A DNA stretch of 64,000 nt from Neophaeotheca triangularis (taxonomy: Eukaryota), in NCBI GenBank assembly GCA_054600435.1, contig BAAIJX010000053.1:1-64000 (forward strand), read 5' to 3'. The notes below the pieces were generated by a model. The model was not told where the DNA came from. It did no database searches and was given only the letters and a program-made list of their open reading frames with translations. Below are positions 12,579 through 24,658 of this stretch, piece by piece; the first letter of the stretch is position 1; each line of letters opens with the position of its first letter. A program made the position numbers and the translations under genes.

Positions 12579-13598
12579 CTAGTCAAGTTCAATCACCACA
12601 CGAGCACCTTGCTGCCCTCGGCATGTCTCAGCCTCCCCAGACTGCACAGCCTGACCAGTCCGCTCCACATCCACCATCATTTGATCGTCATCCACTCCCT
12701 GCCCCGCCTCAGCTACCATATGTGCCACCTCCGCCTCCTGCGCATATTCAGCCTCCATCGCCTCCAACTCTCCAAAATCCACCAACTCCGACCTTATAAG
12801 AAAAGCCCTCAACTGCTCAAAAGTATGCCCATTCACCGCCATCAAAGCACCAGGATACCTCTCCAAAGCCTGCCTCACCTCCCTAACCATCTTGGCTTTG
12901 AACTGCACATCATAATCGCCCCTGAAGATAAACTCAACCCAATCGGCACAGATGGCCGTAGCCTCATCGACAACGTCCGCAAGCAGCTTGATATCATTCT
13001 CCCGCTTCCGAACGCTCTCGCAGAAAACAACGTCCTTCTTCAGCAACCTGCCGAGTCGTGGATCCGGTATCGTGGGTCGGAGGGGTATGAGAGCGTCGCG
13101 GACTTTGTCGTAGCGGTAGCGAGCGGCGTTTTTCTTCCCGTAGCCGAGGATTTCCGACTGCTCTGCTTCCGGGATGGCGGTGGCGCGGGCGACGAAGTGT
13201 AGGCGCTGGGCTTCGTGGAAATCTATGATCATGGCTTTACGCTTCTTTTTGGGGTTAGGTTTGCTAGCGGGGCTGGTGGGTGTGGGGGTGTTGATGGTTT
13301 TAGGCATTGGCCTGGAGCTTACGCGGGTGCTGGGAGGCTCTGGGCTGGGGGCCTGCGGCTCTGGCGTCGAGGGTTGACGTGGGGGCGAACGAGGGGCATC
13401 TTGTTGCTCTTGCTCTTGCTCTTGCTCTTCATTGCTGAGCTCCAAGCCGGGAGGCTTTGCGTTTGGCGATGGGACATCGTGCGGAGAGGAGCGAGGCAGC
13501 ATCCGGTCATCTTGCTGAGGAGTTTCCTCGCTCCAAGGTCCTAGGCCTGGCGCTTCAGCCTGCGCTTTCTGATCTTCAGGCTGCGTTGGTGACGCCAT
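12579..13598 (-). CDS. Hypothetical protein, 339 aa; Pro-rich N-terminus, basic NLS-like KPNPKKKRK, helical C-terminal half
   Basis: Long single ORF with a natural ATG and protein-like composition; no family recognised. Confidence 0.65.
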   Translation of the reverse strand: MASPTQPEDQKAQAEAPGLGPWSEETPQQDDRMLPRSSPHDVPSPNAKPPGLELSNEEQEQEQEQQDAPRSPPRQPSTPEPQAPSPEPPSTRVSSRPMPKTINTPTPTSPASKPNPKKKRKAMIIDFHEAQRLHFVARATAIPEAEQSEILGYGKKNAARYRYDKVRDALIPLRPTIPDPRLGRLLKKDVVFCESVRKRENDIKLLADVVDEATAICADWVEFIFRGDYDVQFKAKMVREVRQALERYPGALMAVNGHTFEQLRAFLIRSELVDFGELEAMEAEYAQEAEVAHMVAEAGQGVDDDQMMVDVERTGQAVQSGEAETCRGQQGARVVIELD

Positions 13599-14670
13599 AT
13601 CCGTTTTGGCTATCAGACTGGGATATTTCAGTAGCTTGGTCGTATCAGTTACTTACTTAGGCTAAGGGGTGGAGATAGACGAAGTGGAAACAGCGAGTTA
13701 TGGGAAGTGGAGGTTGGAGTGAAAGTGAAAGTGAAGAAAATTGTTGTTGTCAGAGAGACTAGAGTTCAGGGGAAGGGAGGAAGTAAGTGGAGATAGAGGT
13801 GGATGTAAAGTCGATGGCGGGGCAAGTGAGGAGGGGGGGGGGGTATTAGCAGGCAGAAGGAATTGACGGCGAAAAACAGCGACTGTGAAGGCGCGTCGTA
13901 ATCAGATGTTCGGTGACGAGAATGACGACCATAAACTCTGCCATGACGTCGGGACCGCTTCGTGAAAATGTTGCGTTCGCATTCATGGGAGTCCAGTGCC
14001 GTCGAACGACCGCAGTAATACCCTACGGTGTATGGGCTCAGGATACGCAAGTGTTGAGGAGTGCCTTATCCAGGTGCGATAATGGTCGAGAGAATAACAT
14101 CCTGGAGTTAATGTACACCGTTTCTGGCAGCTTGGAGGGCGCTGAAGATGGCATGAAGATCGTGTCAAATCATAGGTAGTCTGGGAGTCTAAAGCCTCCA
14201 AGCTCCAACACCTCAAGTTCGGGAGAGATGAAGCATTTAGAGTCAGGTCTTTAGTTGAGTGCGTCCTCGTGGTGACTTCGTGTAATTTATTGAGAGTTGA
14301 ACGCTATCGAGGGGATCTAGGTAGTTGTGACTAGATACTAGCAGTGTCGTGTATTTTTCTGTGCTTGAAGACTGATGCGTCGTCGGCAGACCTTTGTAGC
14401 ACTGGTAGTGATCTGATTTGGCACTTGATACTACAAAGGAGTGCAGTACAATTTTATTAACGAGACGTGTTTTATGTCGACGCTTCGGATTCAGGAGGTG
14501 AAGTCCGCTCAATCCTCGGCATACTTGCTTCAGCGCTGTCCTCCCTTATGACGCCATATATGTAAGCAAAGAGTCGCATTCTCAACATCCATACCTAGGC
14601 ACCTTAGCTATTGCTGCTACAGTCTTTCAACCTGCAACAACCTACTATCGCCATCATCACCATCTGAAAT

Positions 14671-15627
14671 ATGTCGACCAAACCAGCGATGAGGAGTCTT
14701 TCCAAGGCGTTGCCACGACCGACCGCGTCTGCCACCCGCGCACAAACCCCCAAGGTTGCCACAAGTGCAACGAGATCTTTCTCGCAAGCACCGCGAGCCA
14801 CCAGCCTCTCCTCGTCAGGAAGCCGTCAGAGGCCAACAATTGCATCTCTTAGCCAGCCCACTCTCCGCTCAGCTCCTGTCGCTAAGAGAACAATCTTCAT
14901 CCAAACCGAGGACACACCCAACGCCGATGCTCTCAAGTTTAAACCCAACTCTATAGTCCTCCCGGACGACTTCCCTTCGACATTCCTTGAGTACATGTCT
15001 CCGCGATCGACTCTGGCGCCACCCCATCCAAGTCCACTCGCCGCTCAGCTCATGCAGGTGGAAGGCGTAACTTCAGTTTTCTACGGCAGAGACTACATCA
15101 CCATCACCAAAGCGAGCGAAACACCTTGGCCGCACGTCAAGCCCGAGGTATTCAGCTTGATCACTGAAGCTGTCACCAACGGGCAACCGATCGTCAACAT
15201 CGTGGAGAACAAATCCGGTGAGGAAGGGCAGGGAAGCTCTGCTGGCGAGGCTGCTCAGTATGCGCCTGAAGACGAGGAGATCGTGGGAATGATTCAAGAG
15301 CTTCTCGAGACACGCATTCGACCAGCGATTCAGGAGGACGGGGGTGACATCGAGTTCAGAGGTTTCTTGGACGGTCAGGTTATGCTGAAATTGAGAGGAG
15401 CCTGCCGAACGTGCGACTCGAGTACCGTTACCTTGAAGAACGGCATCGAAAGCATGCTTATGCACTACATCGAGGAGGTCAAGGGTGTGCAACAAGTGCT
15501 AGACCAGGAAGAGGAAGTCGCCATGAACGAGTTTGCAAAGTTTGAGGAGAAGCTGAAGCAGCAGAAAGGACCCGACGCTACGGCTTCGACCGGCGGCAAG
15601 GGATCGCTCGATAGTGCTGAAGCGTAG
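14671..15627 (+). CDS. NFU1: Mitochondrial Fe-S cluster scaffold/carrier Nfu1 (NifU-like)
   Basis: Presequence-like N-terminus, IFIQTEDTPNADALKF (Nfu_N), and IRPAIQEDGGDIEF...GACRTCDSS (CxxC). Confidence 0.95.
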   Translation: MSTKPAMRSLSKALPRPTASATRAQTPKVATSATRSFSQAPRATSLSSSGSRQRPTIASLSQPTLRSAPVAKRTIFIQTEDTPNADALKFKPNSIVLPDDFPSTFLEYMSPRSTLAPPHPSPLAAQLMQVEGVTSVFYGRDYITITKASETPWPHVKPEVFSLITEAVTNGQPIVNIVENKSGEEGQGSSAGEAAQYAPEDEEIVGMIQELLETRIRPAIQEDGGDIEFRGFLDGQVMLKLRGACRTCDSSTVTLKNGIESMLMHYIEEVKGVQQVLDQEEEVAMNEFAKFEEKLKQQKGPDATASTGGKGSLDSAEA

Positions 15628-15698
15628 ATTGGTCTCGGAAGAGCTCGTGTATATACCCCTGCGTAATGCAGACAAGACTGCTTCGTTCAAACCTTGTC

Positions 15699-16561
15699 CT
15701 ACTTCCCTCCCTCAGCTGCCCCTGAGCTTCTCCACGCACTTTCGATCAGGTCCACAATCGCGTCCATACCAACGCCGTTCTTAACCTGCGCAAACACGGT
15801 AGGCCCGCCTTCTCTCATCTTTCTCGCATCCTTCTCCATAACCTTCAAATCCGCTCCAACAATCTCGGCCAAATCCGTCTTATTCACCACAAGCAAATCA
15901 CTCTGCGTGATCCCCGGCCCGCCCTTCCTCGGGATCTTATCTCCACCGCTAACATCAATAACATAGATGATGTAGTCGGCCAACTCACGACTATAGTTCG
16001 CAGCCAAGTTGTCTCCACCACTCTCGATCAACAGTATCTCTGTGTCGAACTCAGAGTGCAAGTCCGTGAGCGCGGCGAGGTTCGCGGAGATGTCTTCGCG
16101 GACTGCTGCATGAGGGCAGCCTCCTGTCTCTATGGCCCGGATGCGCTCGGCGGGCAATGCTTTGTGCCGGGTCAGGAACTCGCAGTCTTCGCGGGTGAAG
16201 ATGTCGTTCGTTACGGCGGCTATGGAATGTCTGTCTCGAAGTGCTAGGCAGAGGGCCAGCATTAGGGCTGTTTTGCCCGAGCCGACGGGGCTGGTTGAGG
16301 GAAGACGTTAGCTTATTCCCGTGGACTTGGGCTGAGCGCTAGACATGCTAAGATGTAATGTCTCCGAGTAATTCCTAGGACATACCCACCAATGCCTACT
16401 GTGAACGCTCTCTCCTTCCAGTCCCGGTTCTCGATAAGCGGCATCTCTCGGCCGAGGAAGGAGCCTGGTCCGTCCAGAATCTCATGGCTGTGACCATGGT
16501 CGCCGCCGGCTGCGTGGGCATGGCCACCGACGCCTTCGTGAGAGTGTGAGTGGTCTGTCAT
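15699..16561 (-). CDS. ureG: Urease accessory GTPase UreG; exons 16561-16386, 16290-15699
   Basis: His-rich N-terminus, P-loop GIGGPVGSGKT formed across intron 16291-16385, ETGGCPH, ESGGDNL and NKTD. Confidence 0.96.
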
Positions 16562-18571
16562 TTTCTAATGTCTGGCAAGGCGTGAACTTTGGAAGACGGT
16601 GCTGTATGGAATAGCATTCGAGGGGTCGGGGGGCAGAAAGGAAGATAAGATCGACTTTCCTTTTTTGGCTAGCTTTGCACTAGCGCCGACCCTTGTCTGA
16701 ACGACATGGATGCGCGAGACGCGGAATGCCAGAAAAGACAACGACACAGGCTACGCTTGAGTAAATCACGAGTGCGCCTCTCCAGCATAAGTTCGCTGCT
16801 GCGTATTACTCATTTGAATGGCTGATACGCGACTGTGCTTGCAGATTAACGCTTCGCTCGGTACCTAGGTAGGCTCGCTTCAGCTCGTCCGGTTTTCCAA
16901 GTACCGACTCTCCCGAGAATAGCACAGCACATACGCGAGAGGCCTTCGCCGAGCAGTTTCGCACTGCAATCGCCCGAAGCTGTATCGCTCGAACACCGCA
17001 AGCCCAACATATGTCCATGGAATCTTTCTCACGCTGGACTCGACCAGAATAGTTGCAACCAAACCAGACAGAGATTCGTCTCTAAGGTACCATGGCCACG
17101 CCAATCACCCTCCCGCTATGCTTAAGGGGTATCTAGGGTCGAGATGCCAAAGGACGAGCCAGGTAATCACTCAGCAAGGAAAGCCTTCGCAAGACTTGCA
17201 CTTTTAAACGACCCACACTCTTTTGCCATCCAGTCCGCAATGAGCAAGGGCTGGGACAACGCAAAGAAATCTATACTGAGCGGTAAGCCCGGGAAGACTT
17301 GACACAAAAGGCACGAGGCGAAGTCTTTCGCCCCACTACAAATGAATGTGATGTTTTCCTGGGACGATTTAAGCGAGGATAGGTGTTGGACACTGAATAC
17401 CTGCAGCCTTACGCATCATGGTCCATCGCATCACCTAGGAAACATGATTGGTTTTGAACTGGCAGCAAAGGTTTGCCTCAAAGTTCAGGCATCAGTGGGC
17501 TACATGTGGCCGCCGTGACGCTTGGATCCTGCTTTGCCACTTCTGGCGCCTTTTTGGCGTATCTTCTATCCTTCACAAGCTATCATTAGGGAGGCTATTG
17601 AACACACACCCTCCCGGCTGTCAGCTGTGGAGCTAGCGGCATCGTTTCGGCTTTCAAGGACCTGGGATTGCGGGAACGTTAGGCGAAATCATTCATTTCA
17701 GAATTTTTGGCTCGGATGTGAGGTTGCCTGCATCGACACTCTGCTATTGGACTGTCAGCTGGGCGATAGAAGCTGACACATTTTCTTGGGCCTACAATCG
17801 ACCCGTGGCTGATCAGGAATGGAGCATGATGGGGTCATCCTGGGCACATTTCAGGGGTGCAGCGTTCGGAGCGCTCTATTGGCCCGTTTTTGATGTACTG
17901 ATGGGTCGGGGAACTCGAGGTTAGAGATTTCAAATTCGACAAGCTGTCTCTTTGAGGCCATGGCACGGCTTTGTATGCTATTGGCAATCTAGGGGAAGCC
18001 TTGTGGTGCTTTGACAATGATGCTCAATACCCAGCTCTCCAGGTCTCGAGCTCTGCTTATGTCTAATTGCGAGCCGGCAACGAGCGGAAGACTACAGCAT
18101 AGGAACGGAAGTGGTGGTCTGAGTATTGCCTAATCCCGAAGGTTCCGCAAATGACCACGTTTTGAGTCGATACCCATTTTGCCTGTCTTATTATGAGTCT
18201 TTTCATAACAGTCGAGCTTGATAGCGAGGTGGCGCAATAAGACGTCCTGACTACTAACCACTCCACTGGATGCGCCGACGAATGTGCACTCTGATAAGCT
18301 TGTCCGGAGTCGCGCTAAACATTGGATGTTTTCCCGGCAAGTTCAATCGGTTCTTGAGCTCACGCCACTGCGCAACGGCTGCAGAAACCGGTACTTCTAG
18401 CTGCAAAGACCAAGACTGTCACTAGCAAGTGACTCTCGATTTGCCGGTGTCACCTGATGCTTTGCAGCAATACAATACTAAGCTGAGGGGGCGGTCGTTC
18501 GATGGCATGCAAAGTATGGTGTACATCTTCTACTCTATCTTCTTACAAGATCCGTCGCTCACATGGGTCTA

Positions 18572-20243
18572 TCAGACCCTCAAGCTCTCAATCTCCTCCA
18601 CAGTCTTCGCAGCATTCGCAGTCAATATCTCTCCATCATCTTTGCCCTTGCCAATCACCACCGAATCTTCGATCCTGATGCCTATCCCCCTGAAAGCCGC
18701 CGGCCACCTATCATCATCTGGAACGTAAACCCCAGGCTCGATTGTGATACATTGATTGGCCTGCAGCTTTTCAGTCCGCGGGTGGCCCGGCGCATCGTGC
18801 ACGTCGAGACCAATGAAATGGCCAACGTGGTGCGGGTACAGGGCATCAAGCGGTTGTGAAGAGGTTGAGAATGAATTTGCCGAAGCAGCGACAGGGAATC
18901 CCAACCCTCTCAACCCATCTCTTACTAATGCTTCAGAAGTGTGATGCAAGCTGTCCAAGCTCACCTCCTCGCTTTCCTTGCAGAGCGTCAGACACTTGGT
19001 CTGCACACCCAGCAGCATCTCATACAGCTCCCTTTGTGGTTCGGAAAACCGACCGTTGACCGGCCATGTGCGTGTGATATCCGTGATATAGCCTCCGTAT
19101 TCTCCTCCGGCATCTACGAGCACCATCTCATCTTTTGGGAGTAGGTTGTCGTTGCGTACGTAGTGGATCATGAGAGCATTTTGACCGCCTGCTACTACGG
19201 GAACGTAGGCGTCGCCATCGAGGCCATGTGCTTTGAAGGAGTAGGAGAGGTCATTCCAGAGAGCTTTCTCTGTTGTGTAGGATTGCGACATGGCGGTCGA
19301 AAAGGCGGCGCCGGAGATTGCACCCGCAAGACGCATGTTGGTGAGCTCGGCGGGTGATTTGGTAAGGCGAAGTCTGTTCATGATCGGATTGAGAGGTCGG
19401 GTCTGCGATGATTGGAGAAGCTTCTGGAACGCCGGAGCGTTGCTGTTGCTGCCCTTGAGGAAGCGTTCAAATGGAGATCGCGGCTGGTTATTACCGAGAT
19501 CGGTGTAGATCTCTTTTGCTCCCTGTATAAGATCGGGGAGCTTCAGGGGTGCGTCGTTGATGTCCCCGGCTTCGTCGGCGTTGAAGACATCCTGAGCCGC
19601 TTGGACCCCTGAGCGGGCGCCGTCCCATGTCTCTGCTCTATCGTCTTTGGGGCGCACATAAAGGTGGAAGGTATACTCAGCATCTGAGTCGCCCTTTTCT
19701 GTGACATGGGTTTAGTACGGGGCCAGGGGAAGATGACATTGGCGCAGGGGGATTGACCCACCGATGTCACTCACCAATCACTGCGAGGGCGTCAGGCTCG
19801 GTGAACCCTAAGTAATGTCAGACGGTCCTTCGGAGAACGATTTATATGCAGCCTTGTCGAGGCATACCAGTCAAATAGAAGAAGTTGGGCTCCTGATGAA
19901 ATTCGTAGAAGACAGCTCCAGAGCGGTACTTGACGTTGCTAGCCGCCAAGATAGCCACACTATTCTTGGGTAACCTCCTTGCCAATGCAGCTCTCCGCTG
20001 ATGATATTCGAGCGCAGTGATACCGGGCGTAAGCTCCCCAGCTGCCAGCAAATGGGGGTGCGTCTCATGGAGAGGTTGGCCAAATTGCATGTCGGCGGCC
20101 ATGACCAAGCCCCTCGTCTTTACGGCGGTTGAAGGTATACATTGTCGCCGTGGCAATGTAGGTCGTTGTCGAAACGTCCACTGGAGGGTTCGCAGTGCAG
20201 TTCCCCTCATGATATGAGATGCAAGATGGGATGCGACTAGCAT
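18572..20243 (-). CDS. ICP55: Mitochondrial Xaa-Pro aminopeptidase (Icp55/XPNPEP3, M24B); exons 20243-19868, 19807-19775, 19698-18572; the start may be ATG 20210
   Basis: FGQPLHETHPHLL..ELTPGI, FHQEPNFFYLTGFTEPDA, and metal ligands in DAGGEYGGYITDITRTW, HHVGH..GLDVHD, TIEPG and RIED. Confidence 0.93.
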
Positions 20244-20881
20244 CAGCTCACGCGCTCGCCCATAGTTGACAGATGAGGTCGGGGTTCGGCAGATGGAAGA
20301 TCCGAGCCCGAAGCGAACCCGGGTCCAACTTCACCTCACCTTCTGAAGCGAGCCATCTCTGCTTAAAGATCTGACAATACTTCGTGCGGTGCTCGCTGAG
20401 AGATGATGTAGATGTGACCACAGTCTAAGATTTGCTGCAAGCCAAATGACAAACTTTCATGATCATCATCGAGATGAGGCGACGATGGTATTGGGTTGCT
20501 GGGAGCAAGCCAACAACCATGAGTGAAGCAGCTCCATGCTAGCTCCCGGCAAATTGTACAGGTGCACTTGAGCTCATCGATTTGCCAAGACCCGCAGCTC
20601 TCATATGGCCAATATGCCTGTAGGATTAACGTCATCATAATTGCAGGTCTGGCACCCGCCGCGAGCGAGCACTGAATAGTCACCGCAGATGCCTCAAGTT
20701 GCTTCTGGCAGGGTCTTACGCCACTCTCAGGTTCGCACAGTCAATAAAGATGCTACTCAATATCAAGATCAGTGGGAGTACCAGTGAAGAAAAATGCGGG
20801 GAAAACTTTGATCGTTTGCCAGGAGCCAATCTCGTCAATCAGATCTCGTTGGTCTCGGCAGCAGCGCGCCAGCAGGAATCT

Positions 20882-21385
20882 CTACATACGGGTGGGGACT
20901 GCGTCCACCACACCCCTCAACACATTCCACTCCTCCTCCCTCTCCCTCAACACCGCTACGCTCTCCACAAACTCCCTCTTCAACTCTTCCTCCCCGGCCG
21001 CACGGATCCACTCCCTCTCACCCAAATGCACAGCACGCAGCCCGGCAAGCTCAGCAGCGGGGACCATCGCTCTGCCGTCCGCAGAAACTTCACGCCCAAT
21101 AAGCCAGCGGCGAGCCGCCTCGGTCGCCTCCTCCAATTCCACGATCTTGGAGTGGGCGTACGTGACCGCCTCACGCCAGATGCCCACGTCTCCTCCGGCG
21201 GCCCTGGCGCCGTTGAGGCGAGCCGCAAGGGTCTTGCGGTCCACGCGGAGATTGTCAATAATCTCGCGAAGTTTGAGGATCCCCAACAAGGGACCGACGA
21301 CAGCGGCGGCCGGGAAGGAAGGACCAGCGGCGGAAGGGCCGAGGGCGGCGGTGCGGGCACGCCAGTTGCTCGAGGAAGACATCAC
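20882..21385 (-). CDS. Hypothetical small helical protein (~166 aa)
   Basis: GC-rich ORF with protein-like helical composition; no family recognised and start uncertain. Confidence 0.4.
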   Translation of the reverse strand: MMSSSSNWRARTAALGPSAAGPSFPAAAVVGPLLGILKLREIIDNLRVDRKTLAARLNGARAAGGDVGIWREAVTYAHSKIVELEEATEAARRWLIGREVSADGRAMVPAAELAGLRAVHLGEREWIRAAGEEELKREFVESVAVLREREEEWNVLRGVVDAVPTRM

Positions 21386-22911
21386 TCGGAGTCTTCTTCT
21401 TGTTGTCGTTGTTGTTGTTGCTAGGGAGAGATAGGGGGGTGGTGTCTGGCTTTGGTGCCGTAGACTTGACTGGAGAAAGTAGGCAAGTTAACAAGCTGTC
21501 TTCTACGGCTACTTTCAAGAACACGTGAGTTGAGGTAACTTACTTTCGTTGCTGCTTTTAGCGCAATTATCAGGGATTCGATCTCCACTATTATGTCGTG
21601 AGTATGATTGCACGAGATAGAGCCCGGAGGCGGAGGCAGCAGTACTGTTGATGGTTTGGTGGTATTATCCGGCAAACAGTCAAACTTGTTGGTATTGTAT
21701 GATGGGTGAGACGAGAGACAAAGCTGTGTGTTGGTGTTGGTGTTGGCGTTCGCTTGGATAGAGAAGAGGAGAGGAACGGGAGAAGGTCGTCGAAGACGTA
21801 TTTGTAGGCGCTCGAAAAGCTCACCTACGCAGTGACTGGGCTTGCCGAGAATCGCGGCCAGGCAAACCTCACCCAGTGTCAATACGGCCATCGAATCACT
21901 GGCAAGTGGAATCGATCACCAACCGCTTAGCGTTGTTGCTATCTCTTTTGCTGGGACCGAGGGTGCCAAGATTCGTTGCCAGCCAACCTCACCTGATGCC
22001 AAAACGAGCCACCGCCGAACGAGATCGATCAGCCTCGGCGAATTGTTGCTGCTTTGTTTGCTGGGAGTAGCGCCATTCTCTGCTGTGACAGCTCACAGAA
22101 TAACCTCCAATTCAGCATGACGTCGGAACAACAAATCGAGGACTCAGGAGCTACCGTCGATACAGGAGAGAGGCAATAATTTCACTGGCTCGTCTTTGTA
22201 AACATTCTGGGAAACTTCGCCCGTGACAGTCGCGCTTAGAAGCTTCATGGAGTAGTACGCTCCTCTTGGGAAGCCGATCGAAGGTCCCAGTACGTCGTTC
22301 TTCTTCCACCGCTAGCATAAAAGGTCACAAATGGTTTGCACTCCCACGTTTCTGTGCGGGACCAATGTCTATACCAACGGCGTTAAGAAGAGTGCGCAAT
22401 TCCTTCGACACAGCCTAGGCTTAAGGGGTGCCGACGTCTTGTCCTTCCAATGGACTAAATGCGACCCCTATACCGTTCAGGGGCTGACAAGCGCCGAGGA
22501 CAGGCGTCTGCGTGCTCTGGGCCAGACGTCGGCTTGATATACTTGGACTTTTACCGGGTATAATAACGCATAAGAGATCGAGTTGCGGTTTCTTAAGATG
22601 TATAGCCCCCGCATTGCGAAGGTATATCCGGTCCGTGTTCTCCGAAGTCCAGCACTGGCGCTCAGTGGTGGACGGTGGCTTCGGTCATATAAAATCCCTT
22701 TGGACCTTAACCTCTCAGTATTACCGTCGCACCGACGCCTGAGGCAACAAGTGGTAAGAGGGGCTTGAAATTGCCAAGACAACATCACCTCGTCGACGCT
22801 ACCGTAAACATCACCTAGGCCTTGGCGTCCAAATCAGCACTTCAACTTTTCTCACCTCCACAAATTCCTCTTTCACAACACACAACACCGACAACAGCAG
22901 CAGCAGCAGCC

Positions 22912-24423
22912 ATGCAGAAACCACTGCCGCCACTCCCAACCACAACTACCGACCTCCAACAACAACACCGCAAAATGGCCTCGCAAGCCCAGCAAGAGCC
23001 CAAAGAGGCTGCATTCGTAAGTGGAGACAGCGTCGACGCGCTCTCAACCGCAGCGACCAATAACAGCTCGCCATCAACTGGCAGAGCGCCTTCTTCCCCT
23101 TCTCCACCCCCTAGGGCCCCGGCGCGCCTTTCACAACACCCAGAGTATGCCCTGGATATCGATGGCAACCTGCTCACATCGCATTTCTCGCAGCCCTCCT
23201 CTTCACCCAGCCCCACTCCTCACGCAGCCGACTCGCCCCCGGCTAGCGTCGATACCAACCACAGCCAAGTCTTCACCGACTTTGGTCTCTGCCGGGCTCT
23301 TAACGCCTCTCCCACTCCCAACACGGTTAAGGACGCCCGCTACCTTGCGTATGCCGAGGAGCGCTTATCCGTGTTGGTGAAGGAGCACGAGGATGCGAAG
23401 GAGGCGTTCGCCGCGATTGAAGACGAGCGTCTCATGGGGCCCTACCACGACCTATCCCACGTCATGAGCCTGAATACCCGCTACTACGATGCCCTAAACG
23501 CCACTAACAAGGCGGAACGCGCCCTGGCCACGCAAGAAGAGGGCATCGAGGAGCTCAAGGAGCTGAAGAGCCGCAGCCGTGACGAGGTTGATGGCTGCTT
23601 CACTGACGTCCAGATGGCGCGCAAAGTGAACCGCGAGACTGAGGAGAGGGAGGTCCTTGCTAAAGACAAGGAAGAGGCGCACGAGACTGCCGTCGAGAAC
23701 GAGCAACTCAAGGAAACCCTGGCCAGCACTTCAAACGCCTTGGAGCATGCTAATGCACGTATCCGTGGGCTACAGGCCCATTGCGATTTCCTCAAGTCCG
23801 AGAACGACCAGCTTTTGGACGAATCGGAAGCCCACGATGCAGGCCGCAACGCAAGCGTGATCCAAGAGATGGAGTACAGAGGCGTGATCCATAACCTGGA
23901 GCAGGAGTTGCACAAATTGAGGAGCCAAGTGAAGGAGGGGGAGCGACAGCACATGGAGACCAGCATGAGGCAGAGGGACTCAGCAGCGGTCATGGAGATT
24001 GAGCTGCGAGCCGAGAGGAACCTCAAGGTCCAGGCGCAGCGCGACTCGGCAGTGGCTAGAAACGCTCTCAAAGAGATGGGCAACGACCATCAGCTCCAAA
24101 ACGACCTGGCAGCAGAGATGGACAGGAACACCACGCTGCAGGAGAGAATTGACACCGAAAGGCGTCAATACACCGAAATCATCGACGCCAAGGACGCCGC
24201 AATCCAGGCTGAGATGACGCGAAACACGTGGCTGCAGCGCGAGGTCTTTCTCACCACGGATCGAATGCATGACATGGAAATCGCGACACGTCGTGCCAAC
24301 GCACCTCGTTCACGAAGAGTGCGTCCTTTCGCAACTCAGCAGGGAGACCCTGACTTCAACTCGCGCGATGCCAGCACCGAAACTCGTGAGACCATTGCTG
24401 CGTTCCCGGCGCCGCCTCGCTGA
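22912..24423 (+). CDS. Hypothetical coiled-coil protein (~500 aa) with a Pro/Ser-rich N-terminus
   Basis: Long ORF with E/R/L/A-rich heptad-like C-terminal two thirds; start at ATG 22912 or 22975. Confidence 0.75.
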   Translation: MQKPLPPLPTTTTDLQQQHRKMASQAQQEPKEAAFVSGDSVDALSTAATNNSSPSTGRAPSSPSPPPRAPARLSQHPEYALDIDGNLLTSHFSQPSSSPSPTPHAADSPPASVDTNHSQVFTDFGLCRALNASPTPNTVKDARYLAYAEERLSVLVKEHEDAKEAFAAIEDERLMGPYHDLSHVMSLNTRYYDALNATNKAERALATQEEGIEELKELKSRSRDEVDGCFTDVQMARKVNRETEEREVLAKDKEEAHETAVENEQLKETLASTSNALEHANARIRGLQAHCDFLKSENDQLLDESEAHDAGRNASVIQEMEYRGVIHNLEQELHKLRSQVKEGERQHMETSMRQRDSAAVMEIELRAERNLKVQAQRDSAVARNALKEMGNDHQLQNDLAAEMDRNTTLQERIDTERRQYTEIIDAKDAAIQAEMTRNTWLQREVFLTTDRMHDMEIATRRANAPRSRRVRPFATQQGDPDFNSRDASTETRETIAAFPAPPR

Positions 24424-24658
24424 AGAAATTGCTTTGGACTGCTTACTAACAGACTTTCATAGTTGAGCCAGTCGACAGCGAGTACTCCGGGGCCACTGAG
24501 CAGGCTCGACTTGGTGTTCGTCGCTATGCTCGCCTGGTCGTTAATGTGATGCGTCGCGCCCGCCGCAACGCTCGCATTGGGAACTAGACGAAGAGCAGGA
24601 TGGAGCTTGAGAAAAGCTGAGTACGGAGGCACGAATGACGATGGAGTTTTGGTGAGGA

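Noticed and set aside
17200..18100. Short Trp-rich plus-strand ORF fragments
   Set aside because: No consistent exon chain or domain could be assembled.
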